Assembly (NCBI RefSeq): GCF_009914755.1
Contig: NC_060933.1
DNA length: 64,000 bases
DNA from: the human T2T-CHM13v2.0 reference genome, Homo sapiens
Direction: 5' to 3' (one strand)
The notes under the pieces are model-generated. The model was not told the origin of the DNA and did not search any database. It worked only from the letters and a program-made list of their open reading frames with translations. Of this stretch, positions 14,425-34,498 are shown in pieces. The position numbers and the translations under genes were made by a program. How positions within the stretch are numbered: position 1 is the first letter of the stretch; each line of letters begins with the position of its first letter.

Positions 14425-15880
14425 ATCTTTATCTTTTCATCTGTATTGTATAATTGGTATCCAAAAAGCTGCACATATTAATATACACAATTTAGTGACT
14501 TTGCACATAAGGACTGTTAAAAGATAACTTTAGACAAATTAAATTTAACAGAGTTTAACTGAGCAAAGAACAATTTGAGAGTCGGGTACCCCACCCCCAC
14601 CCATCAAACAGAATACCTTCAGAGCAACTCCAGGGCTGCTGCGTGGTTAAAGAGAATTTATGGACTGAAAAAGGAAAATAACAGACAAAAAACAGAAGTG
14701 AAGTACAGAAACGGCTGGATCGTTATAGCTCAGTGTTGGCCTCGTTTGAACACAGTTTGCACAGTCGACCGCCTGAGTGGCTGAAGTATAGCTATTGTTA
14801 CAAGAGTAGGGTGCAGTCTGTTTCCACATCTGGTTAGGTTGCAGTTGACTAAGTATGGAGAAGCCTTTAGGCTGACTTAAAATACGTAAGGAGGCAGCTT
14901 TAGGCTAAACTTAATTTAGCAGTACTTACTGTTAATTACAGGCACTGTCTTACAGAGCAGATCTCTGGAACTTACTCACTTTTGTATCACTGTAAGTTTA
15001 TACCCATTGAACAACAACTCCCCATCTTGCCCTTCCCTACCCCCTAGCAACCACCATTCTATTGTCTACCTCAATACCTTTGATTATTTTAGGTGCCTCA
15101 GATAAGAGAGATCACACAATATTTGTCCTTCTATGACTGACTTATTTCATTTAATAGAATGTCTCCCTGGTCCATCCATGTTATTACAATAGTAGGATTT
15201 TCTTCTTTGTTAAAGCTAAATAATGTTCCATTGTATGTATGTACTACATTTTCTTTCTCCATTTGTCCGTTGATGGATATTTGGGTTGCTTCCATATTTA
15301 GGCTACTGTGAATAATGCTTCAATGAACATAGGATTGCAGATATCTTTTCCAGATCCTGATTTCAGTTTTTTCAGATGTATACCAGAAGCAAGATTGCTG
15401 GGTCACATGGTAGTCCTGTTTCTAATTTTCTGAGGAAACTCTATACTCTTTCCCATAGCAGCTGTACCATGTTACATTTCCAGGAACAGTACGTAACGGT
15501 TCCCTTTTCTCTACATCCTCTCAGACACTGGTTTTTATATTTATATATAAAATACATTTTTATACATAAAAATGTATGTTACATACAATATATATTTAAA
15601 ATATTTTTTAAAAATAGGTACTGTATATATATATATAAAGTATCTGAGAGGATGTAGAGAAAAATATATAATACATTTTATATATATATATAATGGCCAT
15701 CCCAACAGGTGTGAGGTGATATCGCATTGTGGTCTTGATTTGCATTTCCCAGATGGTTAACAATGTTGAGCATCTTTTCATATACCTGTTGGTCATTTGT
15801 ATGTCTTCTTGAAGAAATGTCTATTTAGATATTTTGCTCATTTTTTGATCAGGTTATTTATTATTTGTTTATTTTCTTGC
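14425..15880 (-). mobile_element. L1 (L1MA/MB) 3' end and ORF2 C-terminal remnant, interrupted by an LTR
   Basis: Typical L1 3'UTR text; ORF 15608-15796 ([25 protein letters not shown]) is the ORF2p C-terminal motif. Confidence 0.85.
14515..14921 (-). mobile_element. ERV1 (MER4-group) solo LTR
   Basis: TG...CA ends (tgttaaaaga.../...ttaatttagca); near-4-bp TSD GGAC/GTAC. Confidence 0.75.
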
Positions 15881-16465
15881 TCTTCACTCAGGGTCTTTTA
15901 GAGTCGACTTTTAAATATGAGCAGAAAGCCCAAACAACCATTGAGGAAATCCTCTAATAATTCAGACAGTAACACAAAATTTTGGGTTCGTCTAAAAGTA
16001 ATCATCTATTTATGGCTGATTTTTTATGACCTGCTTGTGCATGGGAGTGATATTGTGCCCTAACAATACTAAATGTGCAAAAGGATGCATGCATGTCTGT
16101 GTTTGTTTCACTAAACAGAAAGCTAAAACACTGGACTGTCTGCCTCATAGTTAATACCCAGCCACCCTCTGAGTACCCAGAAGGTACTCCTCACCTTGTC
16201 AGGTGCTAGAATGCAGACAGTAAAGTCAGTCCCTGATGTCCAGGAGGTATAGTCTCAAGGAGAAGTCAGATAAGAGGAGAAATGCTTACTGTGCAGTGGG
16301 ATAGAGTCTGCACAGCAGGAAGGGAGCCCAGAGTGACCTTGAAACAAGCAGCTGTGGGGAGAGGCAAGGGGAAACATTTCCAGAGGGCAAGCTGGGTACA
16401 GCAGAAGGGACATTCCCTGCAGAGGGAGAAGAGAAAGGGACACATTTAGCAAACTGAAAATATCC

Positions 16466-16757
16466 TGCCAGGGGTGGTGGCTCACACCTATAATCCCAGC
16501 ACTTTGGGAGGGCGAGGCGAGTGGATCACCTGAGGTCAGGAGTTCAAGACCAGCCTGGCCAACATGGTGAAACCCCGTCTCTACTAAAAATACAAAAATT
16601 GGCTGGGCGTGGTGGCACATGCCTGTAATCCCAGCTACTCAGGAGGCTGAGGCAGGAGAATCGCTTGAACCCGGGAGGCGTAGGTTGCAGTGAGCCAAGA
16701 TCTTGTGCCATTGCACTCCAGCCCGGGCAACAAGAGCGATACCCCGACTCAAAAGAA
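16466..16757 (+). mobile_element. AluS
   Basis: Full dimer; TSD GAAAATATCCTG. Confidence 0.93.
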
Positions 16758-16949
16758 AATATCCTGAGATGGCTGCAGTGAAGGGTGTGATGGAGAAAGT
16801 GTCCAGGAATGAGGCTAGAGGGAAGCCCAGGACACCACACCAAAGAGGTAGAATGATTTTCTAAAGAAACAAAGGCATCGCCGAAAGGCTCAGGGTGACA
16901 TCTCTCTGAAGAGAGAGCCCCTTCAATAGCCTCCACAGTCTTTTCTTTC

Positions 16950-17120
16950 TTTTTCTTTTTTCTTTTTTCTTTTTTTTTTTTGAGACAGAGTCTCGCTCTG
17001 TCGCCCAGGCTGTAGTGCTGTGGCGCGATCTCGGCTCACTGCAAGCTCCGCCTCCCGGGTTCACGCCATTCTCCTGCCTCAGCCTCCTGAGTAGCTGGGA
17101 CTACAGGCGCCTGCCACCAC
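16950..17120 (-). mobile_element. 5'-truncated AluY (right arm)
   Basis: TSD CTCCACRGTCTTTTCTT. Confidence 0.92.
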
Positions 17121-17899
17121 TCCACGGTCTTTTCTTAAGGGCAAGATGTCTCCCTTTTTGCAATCTGCAGAGGAAATGGAAACGACCACTACTTCTGTAT
17201 CTTTTCAAAGAGAAAATGCCTGGGAATGTGGAACCAGGTATAGGAAGGAGACGGAGCAGGTGTCTAGCAAAACTGAATTGTGCTCTTTAAGTCAGCCCTT
17301 TTCCCACACAAGCTAGGATTTTTTTTTTTTCCCCTTGCGCTTCTTACTCAGCGCCTCTTTTGGGCCCCTCAACAATGAGCTGAGCTACAGGGCTTTTGAT
17401 ACTGGCTAGTGCTGAACTTTTCCCAAGTAGCATAATATGTTAAATCCGTTACATGGGGAAGATTTCTAGAAAGCAACACTAATTCTAAGGGGAAAATGGC
17501 AGATTCCTCACGAAGTGACAGGGAAGGGATCTGGCCCCGTAAAACATCACACCGACACAGGAGATGTGGAAGGGCACCCAAAGGCAAAGGAAATGAGCCA
17601 TTTTATGTAGGTGGGAGGGGTCTGCAAGGCAGCCCTTAAAATGATCCGCAAAGAGCACATTTGGGGTTCCTGGCTTCTGCTTTGCCAAGAGGATCGTTGT
17701 TTAGGGTTTGTGCTGCCTAAAGAGGAGATCAATGTGCCAGAGCACCCAGACCTCACAGTACGCTGATGAGAAGGTGCAGAGGCATGCCATGCTCTCTGGT
17801 CTCGATCATGCACTCCAAACTGAGTCACCTGAATAGACAGCCAGGGCAGAAATATTGCATAAGCCCTCGCTCCGAAACAGGGTGCTAACAGGAGGGAAC

Positions 17900-20597
<2,698 letters not shown>

Positions 20598-21784
20598 CCC
20601 TGGATGAATACACCTGTGTAAACACCACCAAGATAAAGAAATGGAGCATTTCCAACATTTATCAGGCTCCCTCACACTCCTTCTCAGTCAGCACTTCCTA
20701 CAGGTTGCCTTTATTCTGAACACCATGGCCTACTTCGGTATCTACAGAGCAGATTTATGCTGAAGCAATAGAAAATAAGATAAGAAGTAATTAGAGCAGC
20801 CATATCGTCAAAGATAACCTACACTTTAATGGCTGGACTTTGAGCCATTTCTAAGATAGCTTCATTAAAACATTACACTTTTTGAGTTCCAACTAAATGT
20901 CAGGCCCTGTGCCATTTATTCATGTACACTGAATTTTATTTTATTCCATAAACACCATTTGAGGAAAGTATGCTATTTCTGTCTAGAAAGAATAATTGTG
21001 ACATAGAGTGTTTGCCTAAAACTGCAAATCTCTAGCTAACAAACAACTCCTGGAACCAGACAGAGCTCTCTTGGGCCCCCAGGTTAGTATTTGGTTCAGC
21101 AAATATTTGATGAGTGGTTATTATAGACACAGGCATACAGGATCATACACAAATGCCATATTTCCCTGCTCTCAAGGAACTTAATATTCTTTGGAGGAAC
21201 ACAGGAGGATATAATTCTAAAATAATGCAGTCATTGTAATGACAGAGGCCAGCATCAAGTTCTAGAAAGGCAGAGAAGATCAATATTGGCTCACCTGGAG
21301 GCGGGGGATGATCCAGGAAAGGATCTTAAGCTTTAAAGACAGAATAAACAGGAGGTAGGAAAGAAAAAAAAATGAGCAGGGGCAGGGAGGCATGAAACTC
21401 ACGAGAAATCAAGCAGATGGGGACGGCAGGAGCCTGAAGTGAGAGTCAGGTTGTAGCTGGGGATAAGGATTAACAGTGGAAGTCAGACCAGAGAAGACTT
21501 TTATGTCATGGTGAAAAGCGGACCATGCATTTCTCCTGAGGCAGCACATGCATTGCTTGTGGACTGCTTTCAGTCTGCAGATGGTGCTTTCATTTTGGCC
21601 CTCACAGTGTTTGAATAAAGTCTACAGGCCTTTAAGCCTCTGGTTCACCCCAGGCTGCACTGCTCCCTATTGTTTAATGCTTACCAGATATGTTCAGGTA
21701 TATGACCTGGATGTGTGGCATCTAGGAAGGAGACTGGGTGCCACTGCAAGGTTTAGACAGGGAAGGGACATTGGCCACACTTGA

Positions 21785-21900
21785 TTTTTTTTTTTTAATT
21801 TGTTTTAGAGATGGGGTCTCATTATGTTGCCCAGGCAAGTGATGCTCCCACCTCAGCCTCCTGAGTTATTGTGATTACAGGCACATGCAACTGTGCCTGG
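21785..21900 (-). mobile_element. Alu monomer fragment
   Basis: Partial antisense arm. Confidence 0.75.
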
Positions 21901-23007
21901 ATGAATTTTAGATAAAGTTCTCTAGAAACAGTTTCGGAGATGGACTTGAGAGAGTGACACTGAGGCAGGATGATCAGTTCAGAGGTTATAAAAATGGCAA
22001 GATGTGTTTACTATCTGAGCAGTAGTAATAGAAGAGAGGAAAGGCCATATTCGAAAACCATGTAAGAGATAAAATCACTAGCAGAGGGTGAGTCTCTGGA
22101 GGTGAGGAGGTAGGAAATGGTTTTCTTCCCACTTGTAACAGTGAGGCATGCTTTGCAATTTCTGTATCAGTTCTAATTCAAGGACACAGTCAGGCTGGTG
22201 CACACAAGTGTGGGCCACAGAGATATTGGAAGATGGCATAGAACCAAGTGGGAAAAGAATAGGACCTTGGCTCTATCTAGAAAAGAGCTTCAGCTTCTCC
22301 TGGCAAAGCTTACACTAGTGAGGAGAGTTTGATGGTCAACACCAAACCCAGCTATAGATCATTGCAAGTGATCATCTTCAGCAAATGCTGTACAGAGATA
22401 GTTATGCTGATGTTACTGGTTGGTAAAATAGTGTATTAACTCCTTTAATTTTTTTGGTCATCTTTACAAATTGAGAGTTAGAAAGTATATGAAGATGTGA
22501 CATCTGAAATCAGTAGCCAGTGTCCTGGTCCTGAGCATAAGTAGCAGTCACCCTAGTGACCTTAAGATTAGGACCCAACCAAGACCTTTCTGAACAGGCC
22601 ATGCCTGAAAAAAGCAGATTAAAGGACTACAGCCTTTACGTAGTCCTTCAATCATATGTAGCATGATTTTGGGAGACCCAAGGAAGGGGCCCATTTAAAA
22701 TCTAGGTGATTCAATGGCAAATCTGTGAAAGCCATTACTTCAGAATTCCCACCAAAAATTCCCACCAGACTTGCCTTTTTGGCCTAAGTTTTGGTTGGTT
22801 CTTAAAATGCAAATATCCTTGGGAGGGATAAACATTAAGCTTTATTGGTCACTTCCACTTTTGTATGAATGAGACAGTGCTTTCCTGACTAGGTCTGTTA
22901 AAGGAAGAAGCAGAATCAGATGCTTGAGTTCATGTAAAGAAATGCCCTAAAGAAGAGTGAACCAGGAATGGGGAATCTACATATGAGGAACAGAGTAAGA
23001 TGTAGAG

Positions 23008-23525
<518 letters not shown>

Positions 23526-23559
23526 ACAGAGGTAAAAAAAAAAAAAAAAAAAAAAAAAT

Positions 23560-23790
23560 AACCATGGGCCTTGGAGACAGATAGACTTGAATCCAAATCC
23601 TATCTCTAATAACTACTAGATATATGGTCTTACGAAAATTAGTTGATCTCACTAATCCTCCTTTATCTCAAATGTAAAGTGGGATAGGAATACCGACCTC
23701 CAGTATAGCAATAAAGTCGAGAGAAGATTCTAAATATAAAGTCTTTAACGTTGTGCCTGGCACATGTAGACACCCAACAAATATTAGTCC
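23560..23790 (+). mobile_element. MIR
   Basis: gacttgaatccaaatcct...tcaaatgtaaagtggg...gtgcctggcacat. Confidence 0.6.
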
Positions 23791-24524
23791 CGCTTCTCTA
23801 CTTTGACTTTTCCTTGAGCTGACATTGTTCAAAGTATGTGGGTGTGAATAAATTCTTTTTGGTCATTTGATTAACTGGTAATCAAATGGCAGATCCTAGA
23901 GAAGTAGAGTATGAACCAGGATATTTCTGGGATCCCATGTTTCTTGGAGTGATAGGATGAGACTTACTTGAGATGTTGCATGAAGTTTGGAAGTTACTAA
24001 AGGGAATTGAAGATTCTCTGTATCAGGACATCTTGGTTGCAAGCAAAATAAATTGACTGACTAATTGAAACAAAAAGTAAATTTACTGGAAGAATACGGT
24101 GCAGCTCATAAGATCCAAGAGAAGCCAGATAATTATATTTACAGCTAATGAAACAGCTGAAAGAGATCTTGGAAGAAGAATTTCGTATCAGTCTTGACAT
24201 GGCTTCTAGAAAACTAAACCTTTTATATTGAAACATTTAGCCCAATATGCAAGACCCATGGAGAATTCAGATTGGATGAAGTTGGTGACAGGTCTGCCCC
24301 TTCACTGTTTTGGAGGGGGAAGACAAAGGATCTTGGGCAAGGATCTTCCAGGGGACTTCCTTAGTGGAAGAGCCGGCACCTGGATTTACAAACTGGTTGA
24401 GTGAAACTAGATTGTGGTCCCCATAGTCAGCACTCATGACAACAAAACATATCAGGATTATTGGATTATCAGACTCAACAAAACATATCAGGATTATTGG
24501 GATGAAAGGCCCCTTGTCCATCTG

Positions 24525-24748
24525 CTAAGGATTTCCCAACCTTGGCACTGTTGATGTTTGGGGTAGGGTAATTCTTGGTTGTCAGGGGCTGTCCTATGCA
24601 CTGTAGAATGTTTAGCAGCATCCTGGTCTCTACCAAGTAGATGTCAGTAGAAGTCCCCCTTCCTCCCAGTTGTGACAACCACAAATGGCTCCAGGCTTTG
24701 CTAAATATCCCTAGGGAGAGCAAAATCCACTCCAGATTGAGAACTGTA
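24525..24748 (+). mobile_element. MER20 (hAT-Charlie)
   Basis: caaccttggcactgttgatgtttgggg...gttgtgacaacc...gattgagaac. Confidence 0.85.
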
Positions 24749-25544
24749 GGGCTGGCTCGCATCCTGGGGATTCCTCTCAATGTCCAATATGCCTGGTTTG
24801 GTCTTATGTAACCATTCCCTTAAAGACTTGGTTGACCCAGAGGATAGGTTCAATTTAGTTCTTGTGATCCACCCTGCTTCCTGAGAGGATTCTTTATTGT
24901 TGAACTTACCACAAAATATTTAATGAACATTTTATTATGACAATTCTAACCATTCTCAAGTTCAGGTAAGGCTTGCATCTTCAGTGGCCTAGACACTCAA
25001 AAGCGAATGCATAGATAAGCAAATAAATATACGAATGGAAAGGACAGAAAGCATACATCCAATTTTATCATCTGCACAGTAGCTGTTGTAGTTCTTTCCT
25101 TTGCTCTACCCTAAACCTAATGCCTATTCTTCCTTTCTGATTTCTTCTGGGGGAATTACCACTCCCTCTTCCACAAATCATGCAGTCATGGGGGATTATA
25201 AAACCAGGTCCTCCTCTTCTCCTAAAGAAGCCCAAGGTTCCTGGGGGATTCCTGCCCCAGAGCCTTTCTCTAACATTGCCATACCTGTAGTGGCAGGCAT
25301 GTGACCCAAGCTTAACCAGGTGGAATTTTCTCCCAGGAGTATGAGTGTGAAAGTGGCAAGGAAAAGAGAAGGGAGAAAGGAAAGGAATGGATGAGTGTGG
25401 AATGTTGGCTTCCAAAGGGACTTATAGAGCATCTGCTCCATTGTCCTCACTGCCTTGAGAGGCAAGTGGGGCTCAGCACTATGAGATGACTTTCCTAGGT
25501 TGCTGTGTAGGGAAAAAGTGGAGCTGATGGGGTCTTTGGGGAAG

Positions 25545-25733
25545 GAAAGAGAGAGAAAAAAAGATGGAGATGGGCAGAAGAAGGAGAGGGAAACCAAGCA
25601 AGAAGGAAGGGAAGGTGTTTCTCATGAAGGGAAGGTGTTTCTCTCATGAAAGAGAGAGAAAAAAAGATGGAGATGGGCAGAAGAAGGAGAGGGAAACCAA
25701 GCAAGAAGGAAGGGAAGGTGTTTCTCATGAAGG
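25545..25733 (+). repeat. Perfect 86-bp tandem duplication with 17-nt templated spacer
   Basis: 25545-25630 is identical to 25648-25733. Confidence 0.95.
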
Positions 25734-27332
25734 ACGATGGTGTGGATCCACTCACTCATGACCCAGGGCTGTGGCTTGCCTGCCAGACCTTTGGGCTCTG
25801 AGGGAAATGAGACAATCTGGGCTTTGTCAACTCATGGACAACCTTCCACGTCTTCTTTGAAAATATGTGAGGCTGGACTTGGCAATAGCTTCCTCTTTGA
25901 AACAACAATTACTCCCATTACTGCCAATTCTTATTAAGCTCTATGTGCCCTGGCTATCAGGCCATTGCATGTATTTCTTCACTGATTCCTCCCAGAAAGC
26001 CAATGAGATAGATGATAGTATTGTCTCTATTTTATAGATGAAGATAGTGAGCATCAGAGAAGTTAAGTAACTTGTCTAAGGGCAGAAACAAAGTTTAAGC
26101 CAACACAGTTGCGAAACCCCTGACCACAGACAGTGGGGGGATTTACAGCTTAGATCCTGCTAGATCCAGGCCCTGGAGAAATGGAGGTGAGAACAGGAGA
26201 GTTCCTCATCTCCTGTTCCAGCTCAGACCTTGTCCTATCTCTATGCCTTCAGCTCTTTAAGCAGGACTTAGCTTTTCGAACTTGATTTTGATCTGGCTTT
26301 GGAAATGCAGCTGCCTTCTGCTGAAATGGTCCCACTCTCCATCTGGTGAATTAACTTGCTTTTCATCTCCTCCTCCCTCCCTTGGCCTGTGGGTCACCGG
26401 GCTACTCGATAGCACCTTGGCCAGAGAATCAATGGATAAGGAAGGGAAAAGAAGGAAAACTTAGCTCAACTCTTGTTACCTGAGGCAGCGACTGAAACCA
26501 ATGCCCACAAAGGGGGTTTTGTATTTCCCATGAATTTAAAATGTTTCTGTCACTCATGATACCAAATGTCCTGAGTTGGTGATCCAAAAAAGAATGCCGT
26601 CATTGTGCAAACAGGGCAATTTATAAGAAAATTCTTCACAGCACACAGCTATGCAGTAAAACCTCAACCCCAAGGAGCTCATTGCTAAGCTGTTTCTTTG
26701 TTTCTCCTGCCTTGATTGGGGGTGGAGGAGAAATGAGGGAGGAGTAGCACTGCTGAAAAGCCCAAGACCTTCAGGAGGTCCAAGTCCTGACCCCCACCCT
26801 CTTTGTGGGTCAGTTCATGCCCCCCATGGCCTCTGTGCTACTCCCTCATCCCTACCCCCTCATTTTCTTTTCTGTCTGCCATTTCTAGTCCTGGTCAGGG
26901 AACATAAAAGCTTGGTCTTGAAATTGAGATGTCTCTATGCCAGAAAGTTACTAACAAATTACAAGCAGCTGCAGTCAACATTGGCTTCCGACAGTCTTGA
27001 CCATTTGGGAGAATGTTTTCTGGTGGGGCTGGCAGTCAAGAGGAAAAGGAGGCCATCCTCATCAAAAGGGCAGCACACATCTTTTGAAAACGTTCTCTTT
27101 TCTTTGCTTCTCTTTCCTTCTCTTTTTCCTTTCTTTTCTCTTGCTTTTTTAAATGCTCTCCCTCACAGAAGGAGGGGAGCCACTATTGTGCAAGAAAATT
27201 CTCTATTGGCTTGCAGCTTAGCGGTGCAGTAAAAGTTTGCTCACATGCTGAGGGGCAATTCCATTTTAGCTGAGGGGTGATTCTATTTCAGGCCTCAGGC
27301 TGAGAGAGAAACAAGAAGGTGAAAGTTCCTAA

Positions 27333-27783
27333 TGTCATCAAACAAAATTACAACAAGTTTAGTTTAAAGATCTTAATTGGCTTTTATTTGTGATTCTAGA
27401 ATCAGGCAATTCAGAATCTGCCTCATTCTATAAAGTAGAATGTTGTGATGAGCTGGGAAGAGGAGGTTGGTTTTACAAACAGAAAGGAGCTGAGGAAAGC
27501 AGAAACAGAGAACCGGTGGATTAGTCGTTTCAAAGTTACCTTCATTATAAAGATCAAGGCAGAGGGGATTTCCTCATCATGCTCATTGAGACTGGCCTGT
27601 TTGGGGATTTGGCTGTTATCTCTCTCTCTCTCTCTCCTATTTATTGGAAGTTCAGGTAAGCAACTTAGTTTTGGCTTGGTGGTATGGAACATTAGCATGA
27701 GTGACTCTATTTTGGTTTGATCTGTTGGGGCTAGTGCAGGAGCTCATTTCAAACCAGTGGCCTCCTGTACATTTTATTTAACA
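27333..27783 (-). mobile_element. ERV1 solo LTR (MER31/MER65-like)
   Basis: TG..CA termini with perfect 4-bp TSD CTAA; reverse complement begins TGTTAAATAAAATGTACAGGAGGCC. Confidence 0.8.
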
Positions 27784-27842
27784 CTAATTTTGACTGAATT
27801 TCTTTCTTAACTTACTCTTCTTGAAAACTACTTCTTCTTCTT

Positions 27843-29028
<1,186 letters not shown>

Positions 29029-29850
29029 TATTCTTAGACACCCCTTGAATGCCAAAGTGAATTAAATTTTCAACTCTATTTTCTCCTCCTTTGATCTTCT
29101 TTTAAAGATTTTGGGGGACATATTATTAATATGTTTCTAACATTTCATCATAAAAAGTCTCAAAGAGAGACAGAAAAAAGGTTACACTGCATCCTCATCC
29201 ACTCTGGGTAATTTTAAAGCTAGCAAAAATAGGGAAATAAGTGGAATTAAATAACAAACGGGGGGAGGGGGAACAAGATTCTCACTTTAGAATTCTCAAT
29301 AATAAAGGCATCTCAGCTACACATTGACATGTAAATTAACAAGACTTTCATCTTTTTGGGGCTCGGCCTCTGGCCCATATCCTTAAAATGGGTCTTTAAA
29401 AGGAAGGCTCCTATTAGATGCTCTTTGTGGTCTCTTCCTTGCCACAGGGATTCATGATTATACCAAGGGCTTGGATGGTTGGAAGACAGATGAAACCTGA
29501 GATTTGAACACAGCCTCATAAATCTGTTGTTAGAAAAGCCAGCCTGCAACCCAGTTGATAACATCCTGGGGAGCTGCAGGTAGGACCCAGAGGAGGGAAG
29601 AGAGAGTGTGGGGCAGATCAGAGAAAGTTGTCCCTTGCCTCCCAGGGGTTAAAGTCAGCGTCTAGCCTGGGAGATAGAATCTTCAGTGGTCTAGACCAGA
29701 CCAGAGCTTCCTGAACTTCAACAGCCCCAAAAACAACCGACCTGGGAATCTTAAGATGCAAATTCTGATTCAACAGGTCTGGGGGTGGGGGTGGGGGTGG
29801 GGCTGAGGGTGGGCGGCGCTGAGAACCTGCATTTTTATCAAGCTCCTAAG

Positions 29851-31110
<1,260 letters not shown>

Positions 31111-31127
31111 CTCCCAGTTGATGCTGA

Positions 31128-31822
<695 letters not shown>

Positions 31823-31945
31823 CACAGACCACATTTTAAAAAGTGGGAGTCTTGAGCCAGGTTTTAAAGCCAGATGGACCTGGATTCAACTGCAGATTGT
31901 ACTGCCTGCTAGTTGTTTTTGAAATCTTATATAATATGACGTATG

Positions 31946-32151
31946 AACACTGTTTTTCGCTCAGAGGAGTGGAGGAGTTAGGGCAGTGTAGCTCCTCCTG
32001 GCCCCCCTCAAGCTGTCCACCCACCCTAGTTCCTGGTTGATGGTCCTAGAAAAGCAGCCTCTAGTTCCTATCGAGTGGGGCAGGCTTAGAGAGCAAACAA
32101 AGACTAGAGTCCGAGAAGATTAATTGGTGCTTTTTATAGTCCATTCAGTAA
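31946..32151 (+). repeat. 206-bp local direct repeat, copy 1
   Basis: Ungapped ~91% identity to 34499-34704. Confidence 0.93.
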
Positions 32152-32565
32152 AGGAATATGTACAAGAAAGGCAAAGCATTATCTTTCTGGCTTATCAGTA
32201 ATAATAATTGTCTAGCTTGGTATGTGACATTTTTGCTCACATACTTTAATCTCTTTATCTATCCAATGTGGATGATAATTCCTCCCAGGCAGACATTCAA
32301 AAGACACTCTATTCTTTAAATTTTTCTTCCCGTCTGCAGATCTGAGGTGAACGAGGGCTACATCTCTCCCCTACTGTTGGTCGTTTACCTTTTGGTCCCT
32401 CTGCCCAGATATAAGCTCTTTGAGAAATGGAATATGTCATATCTCTATCCCAAACCCATCCCTGCATAGCCAACTCCACCACAGAATCAGTATTATTATT
32501 ATGCCAATGTTTTATATTGGATGAATACAAATTATCTGCTTTAGCCAAGCAAAGGAAAGATTCAG

Positions 32566-32837
32566 ACCGGGTGCAGTGGCTCATGCCTGTAATCCCAGCA
32601 CTTTGGGAGGCCGAGGTGAGTGGATCACCTGAAGTCAGGAGCTCGAGACCAGCCTGGCCAACATGGTGAGACCCCATCTCTACTAAAAGGACAAGGATTA
32701 ACTGGGCGTGGTGGTGGATGCCTGTAATCCCAGCTGCTCAGGAGGCTGAGGCAGGAGAAAGGCTTGAACCCAGGAGATAGAGGTTGCAGTGAGCTGAGAT
32801 ATTCCAGCCTGGGCGACAGAGTGGGACTTGGTCTCAA

Positions 32838-32880
<43 letters not shown>

Positions 32881-32898
32881 GTAAGAAGAAGAAGAAGA
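32566..32898 (+). mobile_element. AluS with (AAT)n(AAG)n tail microsatellite
   Basis: Dimer followed by ~14 AAT units. Confidence 0.92.
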
Positions 32899-33877
32899 AT
32901 TTCAAAGTGCCATTGTTAAGATACTGCACATTCCCTCCAGATTCCTGTTATTATCTACTGTTAGTATTCTTCCTTCTCCTCTAGTCTATCCAAATCAAAC
33001 AAACCCTTCAAGAATTAGCTATATGAATTTTGTGGGACTTCCAGGGGGTCCGTCCGATCCTAGCTCTGCTCTGTTTCCCCATCAGTGTCTTACCAGAATT
33101 TACTTATAAATGACTGCAGCATGTTCAGTCTTTCACGTTATTGAGAGTGAGGGAGAACGTCTGCATGTCAGAATCCCCAGCATAAGCCACATCTTTGGTC
33201 TGATTGGCTGACCCCCGAATCAATCCTAGTGGCTAAAGTCATGTTAGAGGTTGATTAGTCTAAATTTCAGATTACCTAAACTAATCACTCTGATGAGAAG
33301 AAAGTGATTCTGTTGATCCATTTAGGACATCTTCTTGCTGAAAGTGGGTTAATCCCAACCTAACAAACCACGATGGGCAAGGTAGTGGTAGAATAGCGAT
33401 CGGTAGACAGTCTAGACATTTTCTTGACTTCTTATGACTGCTCTGATAGATCTGTTGTCTCTGTTAATAGACATTTCTTCTTTTAGGACTAGCCGGGCCC
33501 TTTGAGATAATAGCTTAGCTCTCATTTTATATAAACATAAGGAAACGAGGCCCCATGGGGAATAAGGAAGGAGCTTGCTCAAGATCACATGTCTTGTTAG
33601 TGGCAGAGCTGGGACTAAACAACTTGGTCTAGCCCTTAACCATACACTGTCCTGCCATTGAGGGATGTTGTACTTATATATTTTCTCTCCTTCTAAATAC
33701 TAAGTTTCCAGGGGCCAAAAACAATGTATTCTGTCTGCACCATGGTATTTTGCTTAGAACAATAATGAAAACTTAGTTTAGGATTATAAACACATTAAGC
33801 AGACTCAATAATATTAGTGGAATGAATAAAAACTGTTTATCACCAAAGTGCCAAGCAAAAGTCACACAAGTTAAACT

Positions 33878-34184
<307 letters not shown>

Positions 34185-34498
34185 TAAACAATTATTTTTG
34201 AGTAGTTATCACTGTGATGTGACCAGAGAGATAATGTTTTTCCTCTCTTTTAAGTAAAAATGATACAGGAATTTAACCTAAAATTCTCAGACTTATGAAT
34301 AGTTTCTATATATCAGAAAATCTTTATACCAATCATAGCCTTAGTTAAATGTATATGCATTCTTATATACCTATAGCTCTATATTTCTGATCTCTATATC
34401 TATCTATTTACCTATCTATCCATCTCTGGTATTCTTAAGAAAACACCTGTATGTAATGAAGGTGTAATGAAGAAGCCACTGGAGCCACTTGATTTATT

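Noticed and set aside
25068-25761. Cluster of overlapping ORFs with repeated peptides
   Set aside because: Caused by the 86-bp duplication and purine bias.
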